Shown: piece after piece, positions 8,041 through 16,525 of the stretch
How positions within the stretch are numbered: the stretch's first letter is position 1
Layout: each line of letters starts with the position of its first letter
Origin: an uncultured bacterium
Lineage (GTDB): Bacteria > Acidobacteriota > Thermoanaerobaculia > Multivoradales > JAHZIX01
Direction of reading: 5' to 3'
NCBI GenBank assembly: GCA_965368975.1
Contig: CBDUPA010000015.1
Coordinates: 1 to 64,000, forward strand
Length of the DNA stretch: 64,000 bases
Notes under the pieces: model-generated
The model's input: the letters and a program-made list of their open reading frames with translations, nothing else
The model's database searches: none
Told to the model about the DNA's origin: nothing
Program-made: the position numbers and the translations under genes

Positions 8041-11000
8041 CTACTGCCGGCTCGGGGCGGAGGACAGCAGCACGCGGAACCCCTGGACCCTGGTCCAGAA
8101 CCTGGACACGAAGGCAGGATCGTCAGCGTTCCGGCACGCCGACCGGCACCTCTGTGCCGAGTTCCAGTAGCTGCCGCCGCGCATCACGCGCCTGACGCGG
8201 GGTGAGGCGGCAAGATCTGCCGCTGGCGCGGCAGGATCAACCGAATAGGTGCCCTCAGACGGCCGCTTCTTGTACCGTTCCGCATCCCACTCGGAGAGCG
8301 CCCACTCATACACATTGCCATGCAGGTCGTAGAGGCCCCACGGATTCGCAGGCTTGCCAGCAACCTGGTGGGTTCGAGAACCTGAGTTTTCGGTATACCA
8401 GCCGACCTCTGCCAGCTGCTCCTTCCCATCCCCCTTCCAGAACCTCGTTTGCGCCCCGGCCCGGCAAGCGTACTCCCACTCTTCTTCCTCAGGTAGCCGC
8501 ACACAACAGCCTGCGAACTCCTTCAAGCTCTCCAGCCAGCGGCAGAACGACACGGCTTCGTACCAAGTGACGTTGACCCGAGGGTGTGCCGATAGCTTCT
8601 CTTGCTCGACTCCTTCCCACGTCTTCGGCGCCTTGCCTGGATCGAAGGCCGCGTACTGTGCATTGGTTACCGGCACCACGCCCATCCAGTAGGGCCGCAC
8701 CATCTTCACCCGATATCGAGGCCCTTCGTCGTCGTCTCTATCTTCCTCAGCCTCCGGACTCCCGACCCATCCCTCTCCTTCTGGAATCTCCCTCCACAGC
8801 GGCACCCGGCCATCCAACTTGGACTCGACGCTCTGGAACAACTCCGCATCCTTCGGTGCCGGGATGTGTTCGAAGAACCGATCCAGCACGTCTGCCACCC
8901 GCGACTCTGCCTTCCACCGTCGCCCGGCTTCCTCGGCAATCCACCACAGCCAGAACAGGTCGAAGCCGTTGCGCTCTCCTTGCCGCAGCTGCTCTACCAG
9001 GGCCAGACAGGCGTCTGGATCGCCGAGTTGGTCCGGGATGCTCTCGAAGACCTGTGCCCGCTCGTCCAGGTCCTCGGTCAGGTTCAGCGTCCGCCGTACC
9101 GTCTCCGGCTCCAAGCCCTGGGCGAAGACCGCCGCGCGTACCGCGAGCTTGGGGTTCGCCTCCCCCAGCTGCAACAGCAGACCGTCGGCATGATCCATCC
9201 CACCTGCCAGCAAAGCCAGCGGCTCCCCCCAGCGTCCCTCGCCGCCTTCTTCCAGTTGCCGAGCCCACTCCAGCAGAGCCTCGCCGCCACTCCTCTCGGC
9301 GTAATGCTCCTTCAAGCGCTCTGCTGCAAGGGCTTCGCGAAAGGTCCGGTGCCAGAAGCGCCAGTCGCCGCGACCACCGTCGTGGGGCCCCAGGATCTGC
9401 GTGCGCTCGTGGACGTCGTCTAGGAAGGTGAAGAGATTCCGCTTCCAAGCCGCAACGAGGCCCAAGCGACCACACAACTCTTCCGCTGTCCGTAGCCGCC
9501 CTTCGAGCTTCTTGTTCGCTTCGGCCCAGCAATCATCCTCAGTCATACCAAAGGCCAGGTGCTGCAGCGCCTCGCGGACAGCGTCTTGGTTTGGCATCGG
9601 CTGCGGCTCACGCCGATGCTCGCCGTCGAGCAGCAGTTCGAAGATCTTGGCGTACAGCTCGGCCAGCCTGCCGGAGGGCTGAACTCCTTGCTCCCAGAGT
9701 ACCGCCAGCAACGTCAGGTAGAGCGGGATGCCGCTCAGGTCTCGCAGGCCGCGTGTTTCCGTGAGGTAGGTAATCGCCTGCGCTGCTTCCACTTCGGGCG
9801 TCCACTCCGGTTCTTCGCGATGCGCAGGTTGCCCTGCGTGCTCGAACCAGGTTTCGAGGAACTCCTGGCGCCGAGCGACATCCAGAGGTAGAAGGTCGAG
9901 CCGTGGCAACTCGTCCAGTGCCTGTCCGCGGCCGATGGGTCGGCTACTCACGACCACCTTGCACTTGGACCACGCTTCGTCCTCTCGAAGCTGGGTCAGA
10001 AGTCGGCGTGCTGGGGCTCGGCGTTCCCGTGGAATCTCGTCAAAGCTGTCGAGCAGCAGTAGCAGGCGACCTTCTCGGCCGGCAGCTGCCAGAGCGTCGC
10101 GTACTGGGGAGAGGTTGGCCAGGCCGAGGCCGTCGGTGGCGTGAGTCAGAAGCTCCTGGCCTGTCTCGATCAGGCGAGGAAGCGAGACGAAGACCGGGAT
10201 GGCATCGTGGCTGCGCTCGCGGGCCAGCCGTGCTGCCAGGTGACGCAGGAGCGTCGTCTTGCCGGAGCCCGGCGGACCTTCGAGCAGCCACCGGCCTTCG
10301 TTCCAGCTCGGGGTGCCGATGGGCCAGTCGAGCACCTTGTCCAGCGTCGTCGGATGGCCGAGGAGCTTGCCGTCTTCGACATCCTCACTCCGCACGCCTC
10401 GTCCGGACTGGTGGTGGGCAGGCATGACCTTGACTTCGACCCAGGCTTGCTCGATCAGGTGCAGTTCGGCAGGGCGGTCGAAGTGGTCGCCGAGGCGGCG
10501 GTGCTCGGCCTCGACCTGGCCGAACCAGACGTCGAGCGGATCGGGTGGTTTCGGGGTCTTCGGCGTCGTTGTGGTGGTAGCGGTGGAGGGCTCGGGCGCG
10601 ACTGTGGCTTTGAGGAGTGCTTGCAGCACGTCACCAAGAGCGCTGTGGTCCTGGTGCTGCTTACCGTCGGCATCGACCGAAGTCTCTACCGGGTAGAAGA
10701 CCGCCCGCAGGTGAAACGGCTCTTCGACTTCAGCCCGATACACCTCGACGGCCTCCAACTGATCCTCAGCGAGCCCCATCAACGCCACGTGCCGCGCGTC
10801 TCCGACCTTGCGTGTATCGGCTCGGGACAGGGCTTGGTCGGCCGTCAAACGAAGCCAGGCATCTTGGAAGCTGAAGCCGACGATCACCAACTGCTCGCGC
10901 GTCCACAGCTGCTCGAAGAGCTGGCGGTAGCGCTCGTCCCCGTAGGCACACCGGTAGTCCTCGGCACCCAGGATCACGCTGTCCTTGTCGTCGTACTGCC

Positions 11001-11523
11001 CGTGCGCGTGCAGGATCGGAGTTTCGCCGTCCTCGGCCGGCCGGTCTTGGAGCCAGAGGCCAACACGGTCGTGCCGCCAGCCGAAGTCGTGGACGATCTG
11101 CCTCGGCCGCTCGGCCTGGCAGGCAAAGGTCAACGCGGGGTCGTAGTTGGTGGTCACGAAGGAGCGGAAGCCGAGCCGGGCGAGCGCGGCATGCGTCGCG
11201 GTGTAACGCAGGCCATCGGCGGTCTTCTTGGGACCGAACAGTCCACGAATCTCCTCCGCAAACTTTCCTTCCCCGAGCCGCTTGCGCAGTTGCAGAGCTG
11301 CCTGCAGAGGGTCGACCTGGCCGCACCAGGCCTTCTTCAGCGCCGCTGGTGCACCGCCGGCAACAGCAGCATCGGCCAGATGCTCGATCAACTGGGACCA
11401 CAGCGGATAGAGACCGGCGGACGCGCCAGCTCCGACAAAGCCGACAGCCTTGCCCGTCCTCAGAATGCCGAGGCAGGTCTCAAGCGCGCCTTTGTTGCCA
11501 GGAATGTCTTGCCAGGAAATCAT
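8041..11523 (-). CDS. DGR target 2: SIR2-like + NACHT NTPase + C-terminal FGE-sulfatase (CLec-fold) domain
   Basis: GFVGAGAS, TTNYD, HAHG, VGFSFQD (SIR2-like); GPPGSGKTT and LLLLLDSFDE; WEYACRAG, GLYDLHGNVYEW. Confidence 0.92.
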   Translation of the reverse strand: MISWQDIPGNKGALETCLGILRTGKAVGFVGAGASAGLYPLWSQLIEHLADAAVAGGAPAALKKAWCGQVDPLQAALQLRKRLGEGKFAEEIRGLFGPKKTADGLRYTATHAALARLGFRSFVTTNYDPALTFACQAERPRQIVHDFGWRHDRVGLWLQDRPAEDGETPILHAHGQYDDKDSVILGAEDYRCAYGDERYRQLFEQLWTREQLVIVGFSFQDAWLRLTADQALSRADTRKVGDARHVALMGLAEDQLEAVEVYRAEVEEPFHLRAVFYPVETSVDADGKQHQDHSALGDVLQALLKATVAPEPSTATTTTTPKTPKPPDPLDVWFGQVEAEHRRLGDHFDRPAELHLIEQAWVEVKVMPAHHQSGRGVRSEDVEDGKLLGHPTTLDKVLDWPIGTPSWNEGRWLLEGPPGSGKTTLLRHLAARLARERSHDAIPVFVSLPRLIETGQELLTHATDGLGLANLSPVRDALAAAGREGRLLLLLDSFDEIPRERRAPARRLLTQLREDEAWSKCKVVVSSRPIGRGQALDELPRLDLLPLDVARRQEFLETWFEHAGQPAHREEPEWTPEVEAAQAITYLTETRGLRDLSGIPLYLTLLAVLWEQGVQPSGRLAELYAKIFELLLDGEHRREPQPMPNQDAVREALQHLAFGMTEDDCWAEANKKLEGRLRTAEELCGRLGLVAAWKRNLFTFLDDVHERTQILGPHDGGRGDWRFWHRTFREALAAERLKEHYAERSGGEALLEWARQLEEGGEGRWGEPLALLAGGMDHADGLLLQLGEANPKLAVRAAVFAQGLEPETVRRTLNLTEDLDERAQVFESIPDQLGDPDACLALVEQLRQGERNGFDLFWLWWIAEEAGRRWKAESRVADVLDRFFEHIPAPKDAELFQSVESKLDGRVPLWREIPEGEGWVGSPEAEEDRDDDEGPRYRVKMVRPYWMGVVPVTNAQYAAFDPGKAPKTWEGVEQEKLSAHPRVNVTWYEAVSFCRWLESLKEFAGCCVRLPEEEEWEYACRAGAQTRFWKGDGKEQLAEVGWYTENSGSRTHQVAGKPANPWGLYDLHGNVYEWALSEWDAERYKKRPSEGTYSVDPAAPAADLAASPRVRRVMRGGSYWNSAQRCRSACRNADDPAFVSRFWTRVQGFRVLLSSAPSRQ
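8049..8204 (-). repeat. DGR variable repeat VR2
   Basis: Ungapped match to TR (offset 863) with 7 A>T and 3 A>G changes. Confidence 0.95.
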
Positions 11524-11641
11524 GCACCCAACTACTCGTCACAGAATCTACTGGCCATCTTACCTCCGGTACGACCGGAACACCGCTGCTCGGGCCAGCC
11601 AACTCTCTGGGAAGCGGTAGGCCCAGCCAGCGCCAAGAAAA

Positions 11642-11965
11642 TCAGCCCACAGAACCAGGGTTGAAGTTCTGTAGCCGACCCTGCAGCCGCGTGGGATTCC
11701 GTGACTGATGGAAGACCGCAAAGATATAGACGAGGGCTGGTTCCTGGACGACGTAGTAGAAGACGGAATACGGGAAGCGGTTCAGCGGTGCTCGCCGAAT
11801 CCCCCGGTGCTCCACGGAATAGAGCTGAGGATTCTGCGTGATCCGCGTGACGGTGCGCTGCAGCTCATCGCGCAGAGCCACCCCCAAGCCAGGGCTCTCG
11901 TTCTCGTACCAGTCGCGCGCTTCTCGGAGCTCATCGAGCGCTTCGGCGTCGAACTCGACCCTCAT
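11642..11965 (-). CDS. RelE/ParE-family toxin
   Basis: EALDELREARDWYE...IRRAPLNRFPYSVFY...IFAVFHQSRNP pattern; ATGA overlap with the antitoxin. Confidence 0.9.
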   Translation of the reverse strand: MRVEFDAEALDELREARDWYENESPGLGVALRDELQRTVTRITQNPQLYSVEHRGIRRAPLNRFPYSVFYYVVQEPALVYIFAVFHQSRNPTRLQGRLQNFNPGSVG

Positions 11966-12186
11966 TCGTCGGGCCAGAGCTGCGCCTTGGCTTCTTCCCA
12001 GCTCACACTCTGGCGAGAACCGGCCAGGAAACCGTCGAGCCGCTGGTCCAGCGTCCGGCGCTGAGCCTCAGTCAGAGACGATTCCGCCGTCTCTTGCTCT
12101 ACACTGCTCCAAAGCGACTGAGCCAGCTTGGCCCGCTCATCGATCGAGAGCCTCAGAGCTTCGTCTTGAAGTTGAGTCAGTGTCAT
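11962..12186 (-). CDS. Addiction-module antitoxin
   Basis: EALRLSIDERAKLAQSLWSSV...LDQRL...VSWEEAK pattern directly upstream of the toxin; start reassigned to ATG 12186. Confidence 0.85.
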   Translation of the reverse strand: MTLTQLQDEALRLSIDERAKLAQSLWSSVEQETAESSLTEAQRRTLDQRLDGFLAGSRQSVSWEEAKAQLWPDE

Positions 12187-12306
12187 GCTGGCTAGAATAC
12201 CACGCAGCCTGGGAGACACCGTCAGCATCGCAGGCCAAGCCGAACTGGCGAGAGCATTGCACCAAATTTCATGCCAGCAGGCCCCGATGGAGGCCCGCAC
12301 CACGGC

Positions 12307-12335
12307 TTGCCATTCAATTGATGAGCAGCTACAAT
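12307..12335 (+). promoter_or_regulatory. Putative sigma70 promoter in the element arm, facing the att site
   Basis: TTGCCA-17nt-TACAAT; the second copy is TTGACA-17nt-TACAAT at 32236-32264. Confidence 0.55.
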
Positions 12336-12366
12336 AGTCTAAGTATTGGAAATAAAGAGGTTGGAC

Positions 12367-12414
12367 TGGAGCCGACGACCGGGTTTGAACCGGTGACCTG
12401 CTGATTACGAATCA
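12367..12414 (-). repeat. att site: duplicated 3' 48 nt of tRNA-Thr
   Basis: Identical to 32296-32343; identity ends just past the anticodon arm. Confidence 0.95.
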
Positions 12415-13146
12415 AATGAGCTAGGTATTACGTCGAATTTCGACAGCTCGTAGGGGGGCGCACGTCTCACCGTTAAGTACTGAGATGACTAGGCTTGGAG
12501 TGTTGCAAGGGCTGTCAGGAGGCTCCGTCAAGTTAACGTCTTGGCAGACCCTTCGCAGGACCCACTTGCCCCGCCTGAGACCCGCCCAGACTAGTCGCGG
12601 TGTCAGAGCGCCATCCCAGCTAGTTGGGCACCGTGGAGCACAAAGGCTGATAATCTGACGAAAGTATGTTCCGCCAGCGCCCGAAATGCACCTGCATCGA
12701 CATTTCGACCTAATACTGACTCGACAAAGCTCTGTCTGTTGCTGTCTAAGGGAGATCTCCTCTACTAGGTCTGCTATTTCGCTATTTCCTCTGGCTCCTG
12801 GTGTGGTGTACTCTCAAGAGAGAGACTATGGCATTCTCTCTTTGGGCCTCGATGCCGGGGTGACCGCTCTGAGCAAGCATGGTAGCAAGCCAAAAGTCAG
12901 CTCAGTTACTAACCATCTCCAATGCGTCCAATAACCGGCGAGCCGATGAGCCGAAATAACCGGAACTGGAAGCATTGATATTCGAGATGACATTTGGTAG
13001 CTTGAACAAATCTTACTAATTGGAGCAGAAATTTCAGCAGGTGTTCAGGGTAATAGTAGGAGCTTCCGCCAGTACACGGCTCGAACCCCAAGTTGGACCT
13101 AGGCTCGACTCTCTGACTCCAAGTACGACTCTCGAAGGAGATAACA

Positions 13147-13863
13147 TTGATCGAGAACGAATTTTCTTTGGTTGAAAGGGCAGATCATCTTCATGCTGCA
13201 GGGAAGCAGCAGCAACTGCTCGAGCTTGCTGAGACAATCTGGCCTGCTCCTGAGCAAGCCGAGATTCTTCCGGGGACTGCTGAGGTCTGCCGCTACACGT
13301 TTCTTCTCTTGAAAGGCAGAAGAGACAGCCGGGCATTTCTATGGTTTGCCAGAGCGCTAACTGCAGCTGTCTTGACTGGTGCAAGGGATACAGCTGCGGG
13401 GCTTGTTCTGCGCGATTTCTTTGTTTCTCTAGAAGAGGGCGACCATGATTCTGCCCGCCTTGTCCTTGATGAAGTTCGGCGCTTAGTAGACATGGATAGC
13501 CCACGGGCTGACCTCTTCAGGGGACGCATCTACCACGAGAAGTATGCATACTCCCTCGCCCTAGAGGGGAGATTTAACGAAGCCTGCGATCACTATCAAC
13601 TGGCTGCTCGGTACTGCCGGAATGATCCTCGAGGACGGCTCAAAGTCGAAGGTGGTGCGGTGATTGCAGGCTACCTTGCTCTGGAGAGGATGGATCATGA
13701 AGCTCTGAAGAGCGAGGCTCTCTTATTTATTGAGAACATGAAGAAAATTCAGGCTGCAGCGAGTGCCGCTGGATTCGTCGAAGTTGAGAGAACTGCTGCT
13801 AGGAATTTGGCACTGATGCAGACCGCCAGTTTCTCGCCTTGGTTTCCTTTTGAGACTACTTGA
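13147..13863 (+). CDS. Hypothetical helical-repeat (TPR-like) protein
   Basis: 238-aa ORF with TPR-like AYSLALEGRFNEACDHYQLA; TTG start after GAAGGAG. Confidence 0.65.
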   Translation: MIENEFSLVERADHLHAAGKQQQLLELAETIWPAPEQAEILPGTAEVCRYTFLLLKGRRDSRAFLWFARALTAAVLTGARDTAAGLVLRDFFVSLEEGDHDSARLVLDEVRRLVDMDSPRADLFRGRIYHEKYAYSLALEGRFNEACDHYQLAARYCRNDPRGRLKVEGGAVIAGYLALERMDHEALKSEALLFIENMKKIQAAASAAGFVEVERTAARNLALMQTASFSPWFPFETT

Positions 13864-14069
13864 CCGTGGCAGGGAAAGCTCTACCCCCATAAGGCTGTAT
13901 CACCGTTGCACGGGTCCCGAGTGCTCAACACTCTAGGCACCCACGGCTATCATGGAGGCACAATAATTATGGACAGAGATCCCAGAATTCTAGGTACTGA
14001 ATGCCACCGACTCCAGAGTGTGGGGGGGCACTACCTCGCTGTAGCATCCCTGCAATTGGACGCTTCACT

Positions 14070-15185
14070 ATGCTGACCGCCGCTCAGAGGCTGAAGATTG
14101 AACTGATGACCCATGGAATTGCGGTCAGTGATGCTGCGCGAGAGGAACTTTCGGCGAAGAATCAGCGGCCGCTAACCTTAGCCGACTACGCTACCACCTC
14201 CGGTATTTCTATGGAGTTGACCGGACGGATCTGGGTCAATGCGCCAATCCAGCACCATAATCCTAACTTTGTCAGGAATCCTCCCTATCTTTTGGATTAC
14301 GAGAGTGGCAGCTACTTGGTCCGCACTCATGACCTTGAGATTGGCGCCGAGCCAGTTCCTGTCCCGGCTTACCATGATCAGGTTAACCGTTGGGGGGAAC
14401 AATACACGTCCTATGCCATCACTCATACCGACCGTGTGCGGATATCACCAATAGAGGGTTGCAGCATAGTCTGCAAATTCTGCGATCTACCCTATAAATA
14501 TCGATATCGCAAAAAGCGAATAGAAGGACTCGTAGATGCAGTCCAGAGAGCACTTGATGACGAACATTTGCCGGCTCAACACGTTCTCATTTCTGGCGGT
14601 ACACCAAGGCTTGCAGACTACGAATACGAGAATGAGATCTACGAGGTAGTGCTCAGGGCTTTCCCGCATCTCGATGTTGATATCATGATGACGCCAACTC
14701 CAGGCCTGCTCAACATCGATCATTTGTATCGATTAGGAGTTCACGGCTTGTCGATCAATCTCGAACTATTTAGCAAGGATTACGCGAGAAAGATCATGCC
14801 GCTGAAGGCCCGACAGCCGCGCGAAGAAGTGCTTCGGTTTATTGAAAGGGCCGTCGCAGTCTTTGGGCCAGGAAAGGTGCGTTCTCTTCTATTGCTCGGC
14901 CTCGAACCATTGGAGGATTCTCTTCGTGGTGTTGAGGCGCTAGCCGAGCGCGGCTGTGAGCCTACTTTGAGCCCGTTTCGTCCCGAGATCTCAACACCGC
15001 TTAGATCTAAGGCGCCACCAAGCGTTGAGTTCCTAGTAGAGGCCTACGAGCGTAGTCACAACATCGCAGCTAGGCATGGCATCAAGCTTGGACCGCAATG
15101 TACTCCGTGCCACCACAATACACTCACCTTCCCGGACGATAGCGGCTGGTACTATACGAGCCACAGACGTGAGCGGAAGGAATAA
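14070..15185 (+). CDS. Radical SAM protein
   Basis: CSIVCKFC (CxxxCxxC), ISGGTP, C-terminal CxxC; start taken as ATG 14070. Confidence 0.9.
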   Translation: MLTAAQRLKIELMTHGIAVSDAAREELSAKNQRPLTLADYATTSGISMELTGRIWVNAPIQHHNPNFVRNPPYLLDYESGSYLVRTHDLEIGAEPVPVPAYHDQVNRWGEQYTSYAITHTDRVRISPIEGCSIVCKFCDLPYKYRYRKKRIEGLVDAVQRALDDEHLPAQHVLISGGTPRLADYEYENEIYEVVLRAFPHLDVDIMMTPTPGLLNIDHLYRLGVHGLSINLELFSKDYARKIMPLKARQPREEVLRFIERAVAVFGPGKVRSLLLLGLEPLEDSLRGVEALAERGCEPTLSPFRPEISTPLRSKAPPSVEFLVEAYERSHNIAARHGIKLGPQCTPCHHNTLTFPDDSGWYYTSHRRERKE

Positions 15186-15207
15186 GGTCAGAACTCCAAG
15201 ACGCTTG

Positions 15208-16512
15208 ATGAACTATCAGCAGCGCCAAGAGCAGGTTCAAAGGCGGCTGGGCAATCGCGGGCTAGTGTATTTTGGTACCCGTGGTACTGATGCTAGTCCA
15301 CTCCTTGAGTTTGATCACTTTCAGGCAGTCTTCAGCCAGATCGCGCCGCTTCAAGCGCTAAATATTGGTGAAGTTTGCCTCGAAGCGGTCAAAGCGGAAC
15401 GAGTGGACCTTAACCGTTATTCCATAGATGAGGATCTTCACTCTGCAGTCCGCCAGCTGCACGCAGGCTTAATGCGCGCCTTTGCTCGCCCGTGTGCCGT
15501 TCTTCCGTACAGGCCTTCATCCGTCCTGACCTCTGCCTGGTTTCCACGAGCTGACCGCGTACTCTACCTGGGCATGTTTCACGAGAAGCAGGCATGTTTT
15601 GAGCATAAGCCATGGGTCGAAACACAACTTGACGCAGCCGGAATTCGCATTCTGCCATGGCAATATTACAGTGATGAGGATGTGGCTCTAATTCAAGAGG
15701 CTGCCATGTCCGGACCTCTGGTCTTACGCGCGAACCGATCGGATGGAGGGGCCGGGCTAGATCTCGTCCGTGATCCCTCCGAGTTGATGAGTAATTGGCC
15801 GTCACATCACGACGGATTCCTCGCGGCGGCCCCCTATCTTGAGGGCAATGTTCCGGTGAATGCGAATGCCTGCGTATTTTCCACTGGGGAGGTTTCCATT
15901 CATCCTCCATCTCTTCAGCTTATCGGCATCCCGGAATGTACCAACCGCCCCTTCGGGTACTGCGGTAATGACTTCGCTCGTATCAAGGAGTCTGACCCCA
16001 AGGTGCTTAGAGATTTCGATCAGATGATTCGCGTAGTAGGCCGTTGGCTCGCATCCCAAGGGTACCGCGGTGCTTTCGGTGTTGATGCCCTTCTATACAA
16101 GGGCGGACTCTACCTAGTTGAAGTCAACCCACGGTTTCAAGGATCGTCAGCTCTCGCGTCAGATCTTATGCGAGAAATCGACCTACCTGACCTTCACCTT
16201 GACCACATTGCATCCTTACTGGGCCTTCCACCCACACCAACACTCGCGTTACCTGAGTTAGTAGAAGCACAGCCACCAGCGGCACATCTCATTTGCTATA
16301 ATAAGAAAGCCAAGCCCGTTTATACCAGCGGTACGTCTCTCGACTTGTTGGAAGTACGAGGCAGCCTGACTCCAGAACAGGATATAGCCATACAGGAGGA
16401 GGCAATACTCTTTGATCTAAGTTTTTCCGAGGCTATCACCTCTGATGGCGCGGATATCTCTCGACATGCTGCGGAGCAGATCAGACAAGCAAAGAATCTA
16501 CTCCGTACCTGA
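15208..16512 (+). CDS. ATP-grasp domain protein
   Basis: SDGGAGL loop, YCGND, FGVDALL...LVEVNPRFQGS. Confidence 0.85.
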   Translation: MNYQQRQEQVQRRLGNRGLVYFGTRGTDASPLLEFDHFQAVFSQIAPLQALNIGEVCLEAVKAERVDLNRYSIDEDLHSAVRQLHAGLMRAFARPCAVLPYRPSSVLTSAWFPRADRVLYLGMFHEKQACFEHKPWVETQLDAAGIRILPWQYYSDEDVALIQEAAMSGPLVLRANRSDGGAGLDLVRDPSELMSNWPSHHDGFLAAAPYLEGNVPVNANACVFSTGEVSIHPPSLQLIGIPECTNRPFGYCGNDFARIKESDPKVLRDFDQMIRVVGRWLASQGYRGAFGVDALLYKGGLYLVEVNPRFQGSSALASDLMREIDLPDLHLDHIASLLGLPPTPTLALPELVEAQPPAAHLICYNKKAKPVYTSGTSLDLLEVRGSLTPEQDIAIQEEAILFDLSFSEAITSDGADISRHAAEQIRQAKNLLRT

Positions 16513-16525
16513 TTACGAGATTCCT

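Larger units (their letters stand above)
1..12366. mobile_element. Integrative element B (partial): integrase module, DGR and toxin-antitoxin cargo
   Basis: Integrase, JAB and hypothetical genes are paralogous to 29432-31994. Arm 12271-12366 matches 32200-32295 (6 mismatches in 96 nt) and abuts the tRNA 3' repeat. Confidence 0.8.

Noticed and set aside
5750-8195. ORFs 5750-6268(-) and 7701-8195(+) resembling each other
   Set aside because: The similarity comes from the non-coding ~290-bp element; both overlap real genes and lack recognisable motifs or convincing starts.
10141-11664. 507-aa + strand ORF (likewise 230-1063, 35529-36881, 51214-52713, 53268-54335)
   Set aside because: Antisense shadows of well-supported genes, expected in high-GC DNA.
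12367-12414. Second tRNA gene
   Set aside because: Only the 3' 48 nt are present; the D-arm and 5' acceptor strand are missing, so it is an att repeat.
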